DNA of 64,000 bases, taken from contig JBBTRF010000001.1 in assembly GCA_038065315.1 (NCBI GenBank), positions 528,458 to 592,457 on the forward strand, given 5' to 3'. The notes under the pieces were generated by a model. The model did no database searches and was not told the origin of the DNA. It saw only the letters and a program-made list of their open reading frames with translations. The stretch comes from Patescibacteria group bacterium. GTDB lineage: Bacteria; Patescibacteriota; Minisyncoccia; Phycocordibacterales; JBBTRF01. Of this stretch, positions 35,222 to 43,303 are shown one piece after another (position 1 is the stretch's first letter; each line of letters begins with the position of its first letter). A program made the position numbers and the translations under genes.

Positions 35222-37873
35222 CGTCGTCGCCTCGGTTTTGTTGCCGACACTGTCTTTCGCCACAGCTTTGAGTACGTTTGGACCCGAGAGGTTTGCTGAG
35301 TCAGTATCTGATAGATGGAAGGAAAATATCCAAGGGGACTGCTCGGTGGTGCCGAGGTACGCATTGTTGAGATAGTAATCGATTCGGTTGAGTGGGAAGT
35401 GGCTGCGGATGCCGACAGATACACTGACGGTGTCTGTCTTGGAGAGGGAGGCGTTTGGTGCGGGAGTGGTGAAGGTGAGGGATGGGAAGAATTCCGGCAC
35501 GTGCACGTCGTCTTTCTGTGTCGGGATCACCCCCGTACCTTCGTCAATGAGTCGGTTCAGCTCCGCCCACTTTTGGACCGAGTACTCCCAATTTGCAAAT
35601 GACGGGTCACTGCTCGGCATCAGCGGTTGAGGTCCGTTCGGGTCATTTTTGTCGATCCAGTAGAGGATGGAGTGTGCGCTTCGGATGACGCGCTCTTCTC
35701 TGAGCTCGGGCGGCGTGTATTCGGTGGCGAGCTTGCCGGTGATCTTGTCGACAGAGTACGATTGGTTACCTTGCCAGAAGCCTCGGAGTACCGGCTTGAC
35801 TGTCTCATCCTGGAGCGGCGTCGGCTTCGGGAAGTTTTCGGCTGGGTATTTTTTAAACGTTTCATACATGAAGGCATTCCAGAGGGGGGCGATCACCTGG
35901 CGGGCGGAATTCTCTTTAGCGATCGGGCGGCCGTCGTTGTTGCCGGCCCAGGCACCCACCGCGATGTTGGGTGTGTAGCCCACCACCCACATATCCTTGA
36001 ACTCATTGGTGGTTCCCGTCTTTACCGCCACGTCATATCCAGGGAAGCGAAGTGCCGAGTTGTTGCCAAAGATTGGCGCACGAGCTTCATTGTCTGAAAG
36101 CACATCCGAGATGGTGAGGGCGATATTTGGATCTAGTACCGGTACGGGGCGAGCCTGAAACTGCTCTAGGACGTTGCCGTCGCGATCCGTGATCTTCAAG
36201 ATGCCTGTTTCTGGATTGCGCACTCCTTGGTTGGCAAATACTGAATATGCGCTAGTCATATCGAGAGGGGTCACTTCGCCACCACCAAGCACCAAAGTGA
36301 GGCCGTATCGGTCGGCATCTGCGAGACCACTAATACCCATCTCTTTCGCTAGTGTGAGGGAGTCGTGGATGCCCGCAAGGTACAAAGTCTTGATCGCTGG
36401 GATGTTGATCGACTGGGCGAGTGCGTCGCGCAGTGTTATCGGCCCACGGAAGCCACCGTCATAGTTGCGCGGGGAGTAGCAGACGGCATCCGGGCGATTT
36501 GGTGTGCTTGAGGCCACGATCAGCTGGGTGCTAGTGGCGCTGACAGTGATGTTTGGGGTGCAGTCGCTCGAAAACTCGGTTGGGAGGTCGAAAAGCACGG
36601 TCTCCGGAGAGTACCCCTTGATGAAAGCCTCAGCGTACACGAATGGTTTGAATGAAGATCCGGGCTGTCGGCGGGCGAGAGTGACGTTGAAGTTGCCATT
36701 GATCTCCGTGTCGAAGTAGTCGCGCGAGCCGATCATGGTGAGGATCTGGCCGGTCTTTGGATCGAGCGCGACGAGGGCAGCGTTTTCCGCATCGATGGTC
36801 TTTTTGTTGTCGATCGCAAAACGCTTCACAATTTCTTCGCCTTTTTGCTGGAGTTCGTAGTCGAGGGTGGTGATCACCTTTAGTCCACCCTCAGACACGA
36901 CCTGCTCACCATACTTCTCTGTAATATACTCACGAATATAGAAGACAAAATGCGGGGCTTTGATGCCGCGATTTTCCGGTTTGTTGAAAGTGACAGTTTC
37001 TTTTCTAGCGGCATCATATTCTTTTTGTGTAATGAAAGCATGCTCAAGCATTTGTTGTAGCACGACGTTTTTGCGTACCTCGAGGCGGTCAACATGGTTG
37101 CCAAAAGGGGAGAAGAAAGAAGGTGCTTGGGGCAAGGCGGCGAGATATGCAGATTGAGCCAAGGTCAAATCGCTAGCATGAACCCCAAAAAACTCCTCAG
37201 ACGCTTGTTCTACGCCGTAAATAGTGCCGCCGTACGGTGCCTCATTGAGATAGATCCCCAAAATTTGGTCCTTGGTGAGCACCCGTTCGAGTTTCAGAGC
37301 CAACACCCACTCCTTCAGCTTTCGAGTGATGGTTTTGTCGGTGGTGAGGAGCGAGTTTTTTACAACCTGCTGCGTGATTGTTGAGCCACCCTGTGCGAGC
37401 TGTAAAGTAAAGATGTCGGTGATGATTGCTCGCAAGATCGCTGTCGGCTTGATGCCAGAGTGTTCGTAAAATTCAGTATCCTCGATGGCTACAGTCGCAT
37501 TCTTCACATTCCGAGAGATCTCTTCAAATGCGACATTTTTGCGCTTGATATTGTTATGTACATCGTAGAGGAGGATTTTGCCTGTGCGGTCGTAGATTTT
37601 GGTCGATTCACTCAATTTTCGGTCCTCAAAAGAGGCCAAGTCGGGTAGCTGGAAGGTGGATACCCAGAAGGTCATGAAGCCGCCGATGATAAAGCAGAGG
37701 GAAATGCCAACCAGCACCACTTCCTTGAGGAGCGTGGAGCGATGTTTCAGCCAGTGGTGCGCATGGCGGACTGTGTGTCGGGCGATCTTGTGGGCGTAAT
37801 GAGCGCCCTGCTGGGCCGCCTTCCGCGCCCTTTTACGCGCGAGGGCGAGGTCTGCCGAAGATATGCGTTTCAT
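35204..37873 (-). CDS. class A penicillin-binding protein (transglycosylase + transpeptidase) with C-terminal Ig-like extension
   Basis: It has an N-terminal TM helix and the GT51 motifs (AIEDTEFYEHSGI, RKLKE). Transpeptidase SxxK/SxN-like regions were seen. Length is 889 aa. Confidence 0.9.
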   Translation of the reverse strand: MKRISSADLALARKRARKAAQQGAHYAHKIARHTVRHAHHWLKHRSTLLKEVVLVGISLCFIIGGFMTFWVSTFQLPDLASFEDRKLSESTKIYDRTGKILLYDVHNNIKRKNVAFEEISRNVKNATVAIEDTEFYEHSGIKPTAILRAIITDIFTLQLAQGGSTITQQVVKNSLLTTDKTITRKLKEWVLALKLERVLTKDQILGIYLNEAPYGGTIYGVEQASEEFFGVHASDLTLAQSAYLAALPQAPSFFSPFGNHVDRLEVRKNVVLQQMLEHAFITQKEYDAARKETVTFNKPENRGIKAPHFVFYIREYITEKYGEQVVSEGGLKVITTLDYELQQKGEEIVKRFAIDNKKTIDAENAALVALDPKTGQILTMIGSRDYFDTEINGNFNVTLARRQPGSSFKPFVYAEAFIKGYSPETVLFDLPTEFSSDCTPNITVSATSTQLIVASSTPNRPDAVCYSPRNYDGGFRGPITLRDALAQSINIPAIKTLYLAGIHDSLTLAKEMGISGLADADRYGLTLVLGGGEVTPLDMTSAYSVFANQGVRNPETGILKITDRDGNVLEQFQARPVPVLDPNIALTISDVLSDNEARAPIFGNNSALRFPGYDVAVKTGTTNEFKDMWVVGYTPNIAVGAWAGNNDGRPIAKENSARQVIAPLWNAFMYETFKKYPAENFPKPTPLQDETVKPVLRGFWQGNQSYSVDKITGKLATEYTPPELREERVIRSAHSILYWIDKNDPNGPQPLMPSSDPSFANWEYSVQKWAELNRLIDEGTGVIPTQKDDVHVPEFFPSLTFTTPAPNASLSKTDTVSVSVGIRSHFPLNRIDYYLNNAYLGTTEQSPWIFSFHLSDTDSANLSGPNVLKAVAKDSVGNKTEATTSFNVL

Positions 37874-37919
37874 TGCTCATACAATAGCAGAAAAACCGCC
37901 GACATGGTAGATTATTTCT

Positions 37920-39158
37920 ATGAACCCCCTCTTTTCTTTCCTCAGAAAACAGCCGAATATCAACGTTGACCCTAAAAAAGTGGCCGATATTCTCACTCGC
38001 GGTGTCGAAGATGTATTTGTAAAGGAGTCACTGGAGAAAAAACTTCTTTCTGGCAAGCAGCTACGCGTGAAGCTTGGTATTGACCCTACAAGTGCAAAGA
38101 TTCATCTCGGCCGTGCTATTACCTTGCGAAAGCTCAAGGCATTTCAGGACCTCGGGCATCAGATAGTGCTCATTGTTGGAGACTTCACTGCGCTTGTTGG
38201 TGATCCTTCAGACAAGCTCGACAAGCGCCCGATGCTCACGCCGGAAAAGATCCGCGAAAATCTCCGCGATTACAAAAAGCAGATTGGCAAGATCATCGAC
38301 GTCAACCGTACGGAATTTGTGTTCAACAGTAAATGGCTCTCGAAACTCGGTTTCGCCGAGATTGCCACGCTCGCCGAAAGCTTCTCCGTGCAACAGATGA
38401 CCGCACGACGCAACTTCAAAGACCGACTCGATAAGGGTGAGGAGATTTCGCTCCGAGAGCTTTTGTACCCACTCATGCAAGGGTACGACTCTGTGGCGGT
38501 GAAAGCCGATATCGAGCTTGGTGGATTTGATCAACTATTTAATTTGAAAGCGGGGCGTGTTATCCAGAAGCACTACGGTCAGCCGGAGCAGGACGTGCTT
38601 ACTACCGCGATGCTCGAGGGTACCGATGGCCGAAAGATGTCTTCGAGTTGGGGGAATGTCATTGCGATTGTGGACAGTGCCGATGAGATGTTCGGCAAGC
38701 TAATGTCCGTACGCGACGAATTAGTTTCGAAATATTTCTTGCTTTGCACCGACCTCTCGGAGAGCGAGATTACAGCGGGGGAGGCGGCCATTGCCACCGG
38801 CGCCAATCCACGTGACCGAAAAGTGCAACTCGCTAAGGCTATTGTTGCTCTCTATCACGACCAAGGGGCGGCCGATGCCGCTGAGCAGCGTTTTAATAAT
38901 GTATTTGCTTCAGGTGCGATGCCTGATGACGCGCCGACAGTGTCTGTTGCGAAGGGCGCCGTGCTCGCTGATGTTCTAGTTGCCGAAAAAATTGTTTCTT
39001 CAAAGTCCGATTGGCGTCGCCTCGTAGATGGTGGCGGAGTGCATATCGTGGGTGCTGACGGTCCGAAGGACAAGATCACTGACTACCACTTTGCTGTCTC
39101 TACCGACATTGATCTGAAGATTGGCGCTCGCCGTTTCGCGAAGATCCGTACTAAATAA
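37920..39158 (+). CDS. tyrS: tyrosine--tRNA ligase (class Ic, with C-terminal S4-like domain)
   Basis: GIDPTSAKIHLGRAI is the HIGH-type motif. VGDFTALVGDPSDK was also seen. KMSSS is a KMSKS variant. A C-terminal S4-like region makes the 412 aa fit TyrS better than TrpS. Confidence 0.7.
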   Translation: MNPLFSFLRKQPNINVDPKKVADILTRGVEDVFVKESLEKKLLSGKQLRVKLGIDPTSAKIHLGRAITLRKLKAFQDLGHQIVLIVGDFTALVGDPSDKLDKRPMLTPEKIRENLRDYKKQIGKIIDVNRTEFVFNSKWLSKLGFAEIATLAESFSVQQMTARRNFKDRLDKGEEISLRELLYPLMQGYDSVAVKADIELGGFDQLFNLKAGRVIQKHYGQPEQDVLTTAMLEGTDGRKMSSSWGNVIAIVDSADEMFGKLMSVRDELVSKYFLLCTDLSESEITAGEAAIATGANPRDRKVQLAKAIVALYHDQGAADAAEQRFNNVFASGAMPDDAPTVSVAKGAVLADVLVAEKIVSSKSDWRRLVDGGGVHIVGADGPKDKITDYHFAVSTDIDLKIGARRFAKIRTK

Positions 39159-39260
39159 GCAAAAGTGAAATGTTTTTTGGAACTGCGGAGCGCGGCGGCG
39201 CGAGCCGGAGCAAAATCCTAGCAAGGATTTATGCGTGTCCAAAAAACATTTCACTTTTTG

Positions 39261-39533
39261 CTACCATTCTTCTTTTTCGTCCGCGTCATCGATGTCCGGA
39301 GAAAAATCCTCCTCGGTCATCACGTCTGGTATTTCCTCGATGGCAGGAACCTCTGGATCATCGATCTTTTCATCAACTTCTTCAAGTGCCTTCTCCACTT
39401 CCTTGCTGATCGGTGCATGCTCATCCTTCTCTTCCTCTTTTTCTACCGTTTTTTCCAACGGTTTGGTGGCACCCTTTACCGCTTTCGATGCAAGCTTTTT
39501 CTTTACCAATGTTTTACTCGATTTCTTCGCCAT
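39261..39533 (-). CDS. small bipolar protein (Lys-rich N-terminus, highly acidic C-terminus), hypothetical
   Basis: MAKKSSKTLVKKKLASKAVKGATKPLEK... then EEEKDEH...DDPEVPAIEEIPDVMTEEDFSPDIDDADEKEEW. It has its own upstream intergenic region. Confidence 0.3.
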   Translation of the reverse strand: MAKKSSKTLVKKKLASKAVKGATKPLEKTVEKEEEKDEHAPISKEVEKALEEVDEKIDDPEVPAIEEIPDVMTEEDFSPDIDDADEKEEW

Positions 39534-39665
39534 GCTGGTGTGCTTAATGGATAACTCAGAATATGATTCAGGCTAGTATCCTCGAAATATATATTTTTGC
39601 AAGTAGTTTGCCAAGAAAGCCCTGTGGATATTGAAATAGGCGTTGCAAGCTAGCGGCGCTGACAC

Positions 39666-40190
39666 CTATTGCCGATATGAAGCCAGGCAGGTAATGGCGC
39701 AGGCGATCGCGTCGTATTCGTCGTCGTGTTCGATGTCTTTTGTGATCTTGATGAGCTTAGGGATCATGCTGATGACCTGTCGTTTGTCGCTCTTGCCGTA
39801 GCCGGTGGTGGCATTTTTGATCTGCCCAGGGCCATACTCAGCGATCGGGAGGCCGTGGCGAGCGGCTTCGTATACGATGACGCCGCGAGCCTCAGCCACA
39901 TTCATCGCCGTCTTTTGGTTGTTAGTGAAAAAGAGCGTCTCGATCGCCATGATGGTCGGATCGAATTCTTCGATCACTCGTGCGAGTTCTTCTCCAAGTG
40001 CGCGGAGACGGACAGGGAAGGCGGCCTTGGCCGAGGTTTGGAAGCATTCTGAGAAAAGGAGAATGTCTTTGCCGCGCATCGTACCTTCTGTCACTCGCTC
40101 AGCTACGGCAATGCCAAGTCGCTCGTATCCCGGGTCGATGGCGAGAACGCGAAGAGGTTTTGTTATCGCAGTTTTTTTGGTGGCGGACAT
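39666..40190 (-). CDS. ruvC: crossover junction endodeoxyribonuclease RuvC
   Basis: LRVLAIDPGYERLGIAVAE and later catalytic acidic residues were seen. The internal ATG (MSATKK) avoids overlap with yebC. Confidence 0.85.
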   Translation of the reverse strand: MSATKKTAITKPLRVLAIDPGYERLGIAVAERVTEGTMRGKDILLFSECFQTSAKAAFPVRLRALGEELARVIEEFDPTIMAIETLFFTNNQKTAMNVAEARGVIVYEAARHGLPIAEYGPGQIKNATTGYGKSDKRQVISMIPKLIKITKDIEHDDEYDAIACAITCLASYRQ

Positions 40191-40197
40191 GCTCGTG

Positions 40198-40743
40198 TTA
40201 TTCAGCATTGGTGAATACTTCTTGCACCTCATCATTTTCCTCGAGGGCTTCGGTGAGTGTCATGAGCTGAGCACCATCTTCTTCGGAGAGGGGAATGGTG
40301 GTGGTTGGGTTCCAGACCTCACAGCCGTCCTCAGTACGAGTTTTTTCAAAAGCCCAACTTGCCGAGCCGATGCCGGCAAGCTCAAAGCCGTGGTCGGAAA
40401 GAATATGCTTCACTTCCTGCGCTGCTTTGTTGCGGTTGTCTGTGAGAGTTTCAATGATCATCGCACAGCCGCCGGGTCCGTATGCCTCGTAGATAATATG
40501 TTCCATTGCACCGCCACCAGCTTCAGTGGCTTTTTTGATGGCGCGTTCGATATTGTCGTTTGGCATGTTGGCGGCTCGGGCACGTTCGATCACCGCTTTT
40601 ACATTCGGGGCGTCTTTCCGCCCGCCCGCCTTCTTTGCCTCCACTGTCAGCAGGCGGGCGTACTTCGTGAACGCACGGCTCTTCTGAGCATCGGTCTTAC
40701 CCTTCTTTTCCTTAATCTGCTTCCATTTGTTGTGGCCGGACAT
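40198..40743 (-). CDS. yebC: YebC/PmpR(TACO1)-family regulator, shortened (181 aa vs about 240)
   Basis: MSGHNKWKQIKEKKGKTDAQKSRAFTKYARLLTVEAKKAGG...IYEAYGPGGCAMIIETLTDNRN. It appears to lack about 55 aa of the middle domain. Confidence 0.75.
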   Translation of the reverse strand: MSGHNKWKQIKEKKGKTDAQKSRAFTKYARLLTVEAKKAGGRKDAPNVKAVIERARAANMPNDNIERAIKKATEAGGGAMEHIIYEAYGPGGCAMIIETLTDNRNKAAQEVKHILSDHGFELAGIGSASWAFEKTRTEDGCEVWNPTTTIPLSEEDGAQLMTLTEALEENDEVQEVFTNAE

Positions 40744-41008
40744 GTGCCCATTCTACTCACATTAGATATTTTATGCCAGTTTACTCGACGCATTATTTTG
40801 CTGCGAATGTAATAAAAGATTTTTTATTTTACGCGTCACAAGAAAAAGTTGTCCACACACTGGCACTTTTTTTCATTGTGCTTTCGTAGATTGAGCGCAT
40901 AATGAATACAGTCAATGTAAATATATTTTTGCGCGCAAGCGTCTAAGTCGAAAAAATAATTTATATACTTTTATTACGAAGCAATATATTTCTGATATTT
41001 ATACTCAC

Positions 41009-41101
41009 ATGGCAAAGAAGACAAAGAAGCGTTCAGTAAAGAAGGCGGTCAAGCGAACCGCAAAGCGAAAGACTGCGAAGAAGACTTCAAAGCGACGCTA
41101 A
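41009..41101 (+). CDS. 30-aa Lys/Arg-rich micro-protein (MAKKTKKRSVKKAVKRTAKRKTAKKTSKRR)
   Basis: Below the ORF-track cutoff and seen directly in sequence. It is preceded by 260 bp of AT-rich DNA and followed within 30 nt by tandem hairpins with a U-tract. Confidence 0.4.
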   Translation: MAKKTKKRSVKKAVKRTAKRKTAKKTSKRR

Positions 41102-41130
41102 CCTCGAGAGGGAATTGCCCTCGAGAAACA

Positions 41131-41165
41131 AAAACCGCCACAGAGTGTGCGGTTTTTGTTTGTAT
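41131..41165 (+). terminator. rho-independent terminator
   Basis: AAAAACCGCCACAGAGTGTGCGGTTTTTGTTTG. A palindromic CTCGAGAGGGAATTGCCCTCGAG hairpin lies immediately upstream. Confidence 0.6.
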
Positions 41166-41227
41166 TGACAATGAGAGCTAGTCGAATTATACTTAAACTG
41201 TATTACAAAATATACACATTATATTAC

Positions 41228-41443
41228 ATGCGAACCGTACTAAATATATCATTGCCAACTGACTTGGCGAAAGAAGTTCGTCGAGAGGTAAAATCTGGCA
41301 GCTTCGCTTCTACTAGCGAGTTTATTCGCCACCTTATTCGCCTTTGGAACACGGAGAAGCTTGCGCTCCAGCTCAGGCATGACAAGGTTGATTTTGAAAA
41401 GGGGAAAGGTAAAGTGCTTCGCTCCCTAGCTTCTTTGCGATAA
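41228..41443 (+). CDS. ribbon-helix-helix (CopG/ParD-like) antitoxin
   Basis: MRTVLNISLPTDLAKEVRREVKSGSFASTSEFIRHLIRLW is an RHH signature. The ATG at 41228 is preferred. A toxin-like gene follows 14 nt later. Confidence 0.55.
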   Translation: MRTVLNISLPTDLAKEVRREVKSGSFASTSEFIRHLIRLWNTEKLALQLRHDKVDFEKGKGKVLRSLASLR

Positions 41444-41457
41444 TCTCCTGCGTTGCC

Positions 41458-41721
41458 ATGCAGCTCCACATCCTTTATTCTGCACGGTTCGCAAGACACT
41501 ATAAAAAGATGTCGATGCATATAAAAAATCTCGCCGAGAAGAAAGAGACTGTATTCAGACAAGATCCATTCGATAGAGGTCTAAAAACCCACAAATTACA
41601 TGGAGTGCTCGAAGGGTTCTACGCGTTCTCGCTTACTGCAGAGCACCGTATCATTTTTGATTTTGCTGACAAAAACACTGTTCGTTTTTACGATATTGGC
41701 GATCATGATATCTATTACTGA
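41458..41721 (+). CDS. RelE/ParE-superfamily toxin (YafQ-like)
   Basis: KTHKLHGVLEGFYAFSLTAEHRIIFDFADKNTVRFYDIGDHDIY matches the RelE/YafQ C-terminal pattern (H-K-L-G...R-Y...GxH). Length is 87 aa. Confidence 0.6.
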   Translation: MQLHILYSARFARHYKKMSMHIKNLAEKKETVFRQDPFDRGLKTHKLHGVLEGFYAFSLTAEHRIIFDFADKNTVRFYDIGDHDIYY

Positions 41722-41731
41722 TTACTAGACG

Positions 41732-42790
41732 TTACAGAAACTTTCCCGAAGCTTTCAATCCAAGGTGTTCGTGCGCCTTGCCGGTGGCGATGCGGCCGCG
41801 CGGGGTGCGTTCGAGGAAACCGAGCTGGAGTAAGTATGGTTCGTGTACCTCTTCGATGGTCGCTTCTTCCTCGGAGAGCGCGGCCGCCAGAGTGTTTAGG
41901 CCTACAGGGCCGCCACTGAATTTTTCGATAAGAGTTGTAAGTACGGCACGGTCTGAAGGCAACAGGCCAATGTGGTCGACGCCAAGGAGGTCGAGCGCTT
42001 TCTTCACAACGTCGGCATCGAGCTTGCCTTTTTTCACTTGGGCAAAGTCGCGGCAGCGCTTGAGCAGATAGTTGGCAGTACGCGGCGTGAAGCGGCTGCG
42101 CTTGGCGATCTCGGCAATCGCGGCAGTTTCAATCTCCACCCCGAGAATCTTCGCTGAACGCTTCACGATCTCTTCGATCTCGGGTTGGGAATAAAATTCG
42201 AGACGGAAGGTGCCGCCACTGAAGCGTGAACGAAGCGGCGAGGACAGCATGGCAATGCGCGTGGTAGCGGCGATCAAAGTAAACGCGGGCAGCTCAAGCT
42301 GAATAGTGCGCGCCGAAGGTCCTTTGCCAATGATGATGTCTAGCGAGCCCGACTCCATGGCAGGGTAAAGGATCTCTTCAATGGAGCGGTTCAGACGATG
42401 TATCTCATCGACAAACAAAATGTCACCAGCCGAAAGATTGGTTAAAATCGAGGCCAAGTCGCCGACTTTCTCGATCGCCGGGCCGGAGGTCACCTTCATC
42501 TGTGCGTTCATTTCTTTGGAAATGAGATGGGCGAGAGTGGTTTTGCCGAGACCTGGTGGGCCGTAGAAGAGAATGTGTTCAGGTGGATGGTTGCGTTCGC
42601 GTGCGGCAGTGAGCAGGATACTGAGGTTCTCCTTGATATTTTTCTGGCCAATATAATCATCCCACTGCGACGGGCGCAGTGTTTGATCGAGGAAATTCTC
42701 GTCGGCAGGTGCACCACCAACATCGGTTCCTACTGAAGGCACCTTTCCGGCACCTTTTTGCAGGTCTTTTTTTGAATCGCTCTGCGACAT
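41732..42790 (-). CDS. ruvB: Holliday junction branch-migration ATPase RuvB
   Basis: [19 protein letters not shown]...[24 protein letters not shown]...[10 protein letters not shown]. Confidence 0.95.
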   Translation of the reverse strand: MSQSDSKKDLQKGAGKVPSVGTDVGGAPADENFLDQTLRPSQWDDYIGQKNIKENLSILLTAARERNHPPEHILFYGPPGLGKTTLAHLISKEMNAQMKVTSGPAIEKVGDLASILTNLSAGDILFVDEIHRLNRSIEEILYPAMESGSLDIIIGKGPSARTIQLELPAFTLIAATTRIAMLSSPLRSRFSGGTFRLEFYSQPEIEEIVKRSAKILGVEIETAAIAEIAKRSRFTPRTANYLLKRCRDFAQVKKGKLDADVVKKALDLLGVDHIGLLPSDRAVLTTLIEKFSGGPVGLNTLAAALSEEEATIEEVHEPYLLQLGFLERTPRGRIATGKAHEHLGLKASGKFL

Positions 42791-42905
42791 GCGCCCATTA
42801 TACTCCTTTTCGTGAGGCGACAGCCCTTTACTTTTAGCCGAACTTTGGTACTGTTACAGGCCGCGTTGGTCAGGAGGGTCTCGCGAAGAGGGCAGGAGGT
42901 GACTT

Positions 42906-42934
42906 GACATTTAGCTTAAATAATGCTAAGATAG
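42906..42934 (+). promoter_or_regulatory. sigma70-type promoter (TTGACA-N17-TAAGAT) with no downstream ORF
   Basis: cTTGACAtttagcttaaataatgcTAAGATagtc. The next 270 nt have no plus-strand ORF of 60 aa or more. Confidence 0.45.
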
Positions 42935-42940
42935 TCAATG

Positions 42941-43215
42941 AATCGGTCAGAAGTCGAGCGTATCGACAAATCAATTTGAAAGAGAAAGGAACGAAAAACG
43001 GCCATAATAGGCCATTTTTTCACGCATTTCCAGCATAGTAATCTCTAAGCAATACACCTGCAAGGGTTTAGTAGTTTCTCAACAAGGACGTCCTGGCTTC
43101 GGCTGTGAGTATCCTTAGTCGCTTAACTTGGCTTTTAGTCTAGTATTAAAAGCATTGCTTAGAGATTACTGCGCTCGAACCTCTTTTTAAGACGCCCTTC
43201 GGGGCATTTTGTCTT
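42941..43215 (+). ncRNA. candidate structured small RNA(s) of unknown class
   Basis: It lies downstream of the promoter above. A GTCGA-GCGTA-TCGAC hairpin and a GGCC...GGCC+T6 element were seen at about 43008-43030. A perfect 17-bp inverted repeat pair encloses about 100 nt. A GCCC-UUCG-GGGC hairpin plus a U-tract sits at about 43193-43215. Confidence 0.3.
43037..43170. repeat. perfect 17-bp inverted repeats AGTAATCTCTAAGCAAT / ATTGCTTAGAGATTACT separated by 100 bp
   Basis: 43037-43053 and 43154-43170 are exact reverse complements. The interior contains the CCTGCAAGGGTTTAGTA motif that recurs at 12163. Confidence 0.85.
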
Positions 43216-43303
43216 TTTCTGCCACCATCTTATCGTACCGATACATTCCTGCAACTTCCGTTTCAGAAAAAACGTGTTGCGGTTTTTGTTCTGACGAATT
43301 TTT

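Noticed and set aside
42941-43215. Attempt to identify the structured non-coding regions (here and 52545..52940) as RNase P RNA, tmRNA, SRP RNA or a T-box
   Set aside because: Could not find the universal RNase P P4/CR-I/CR-V motifs, tmRNA tRNA-like ends with tag ORF, SRP domain IV, or a T-box sequence adjacent to the terminator. Left as unknown class pending Rfam search.
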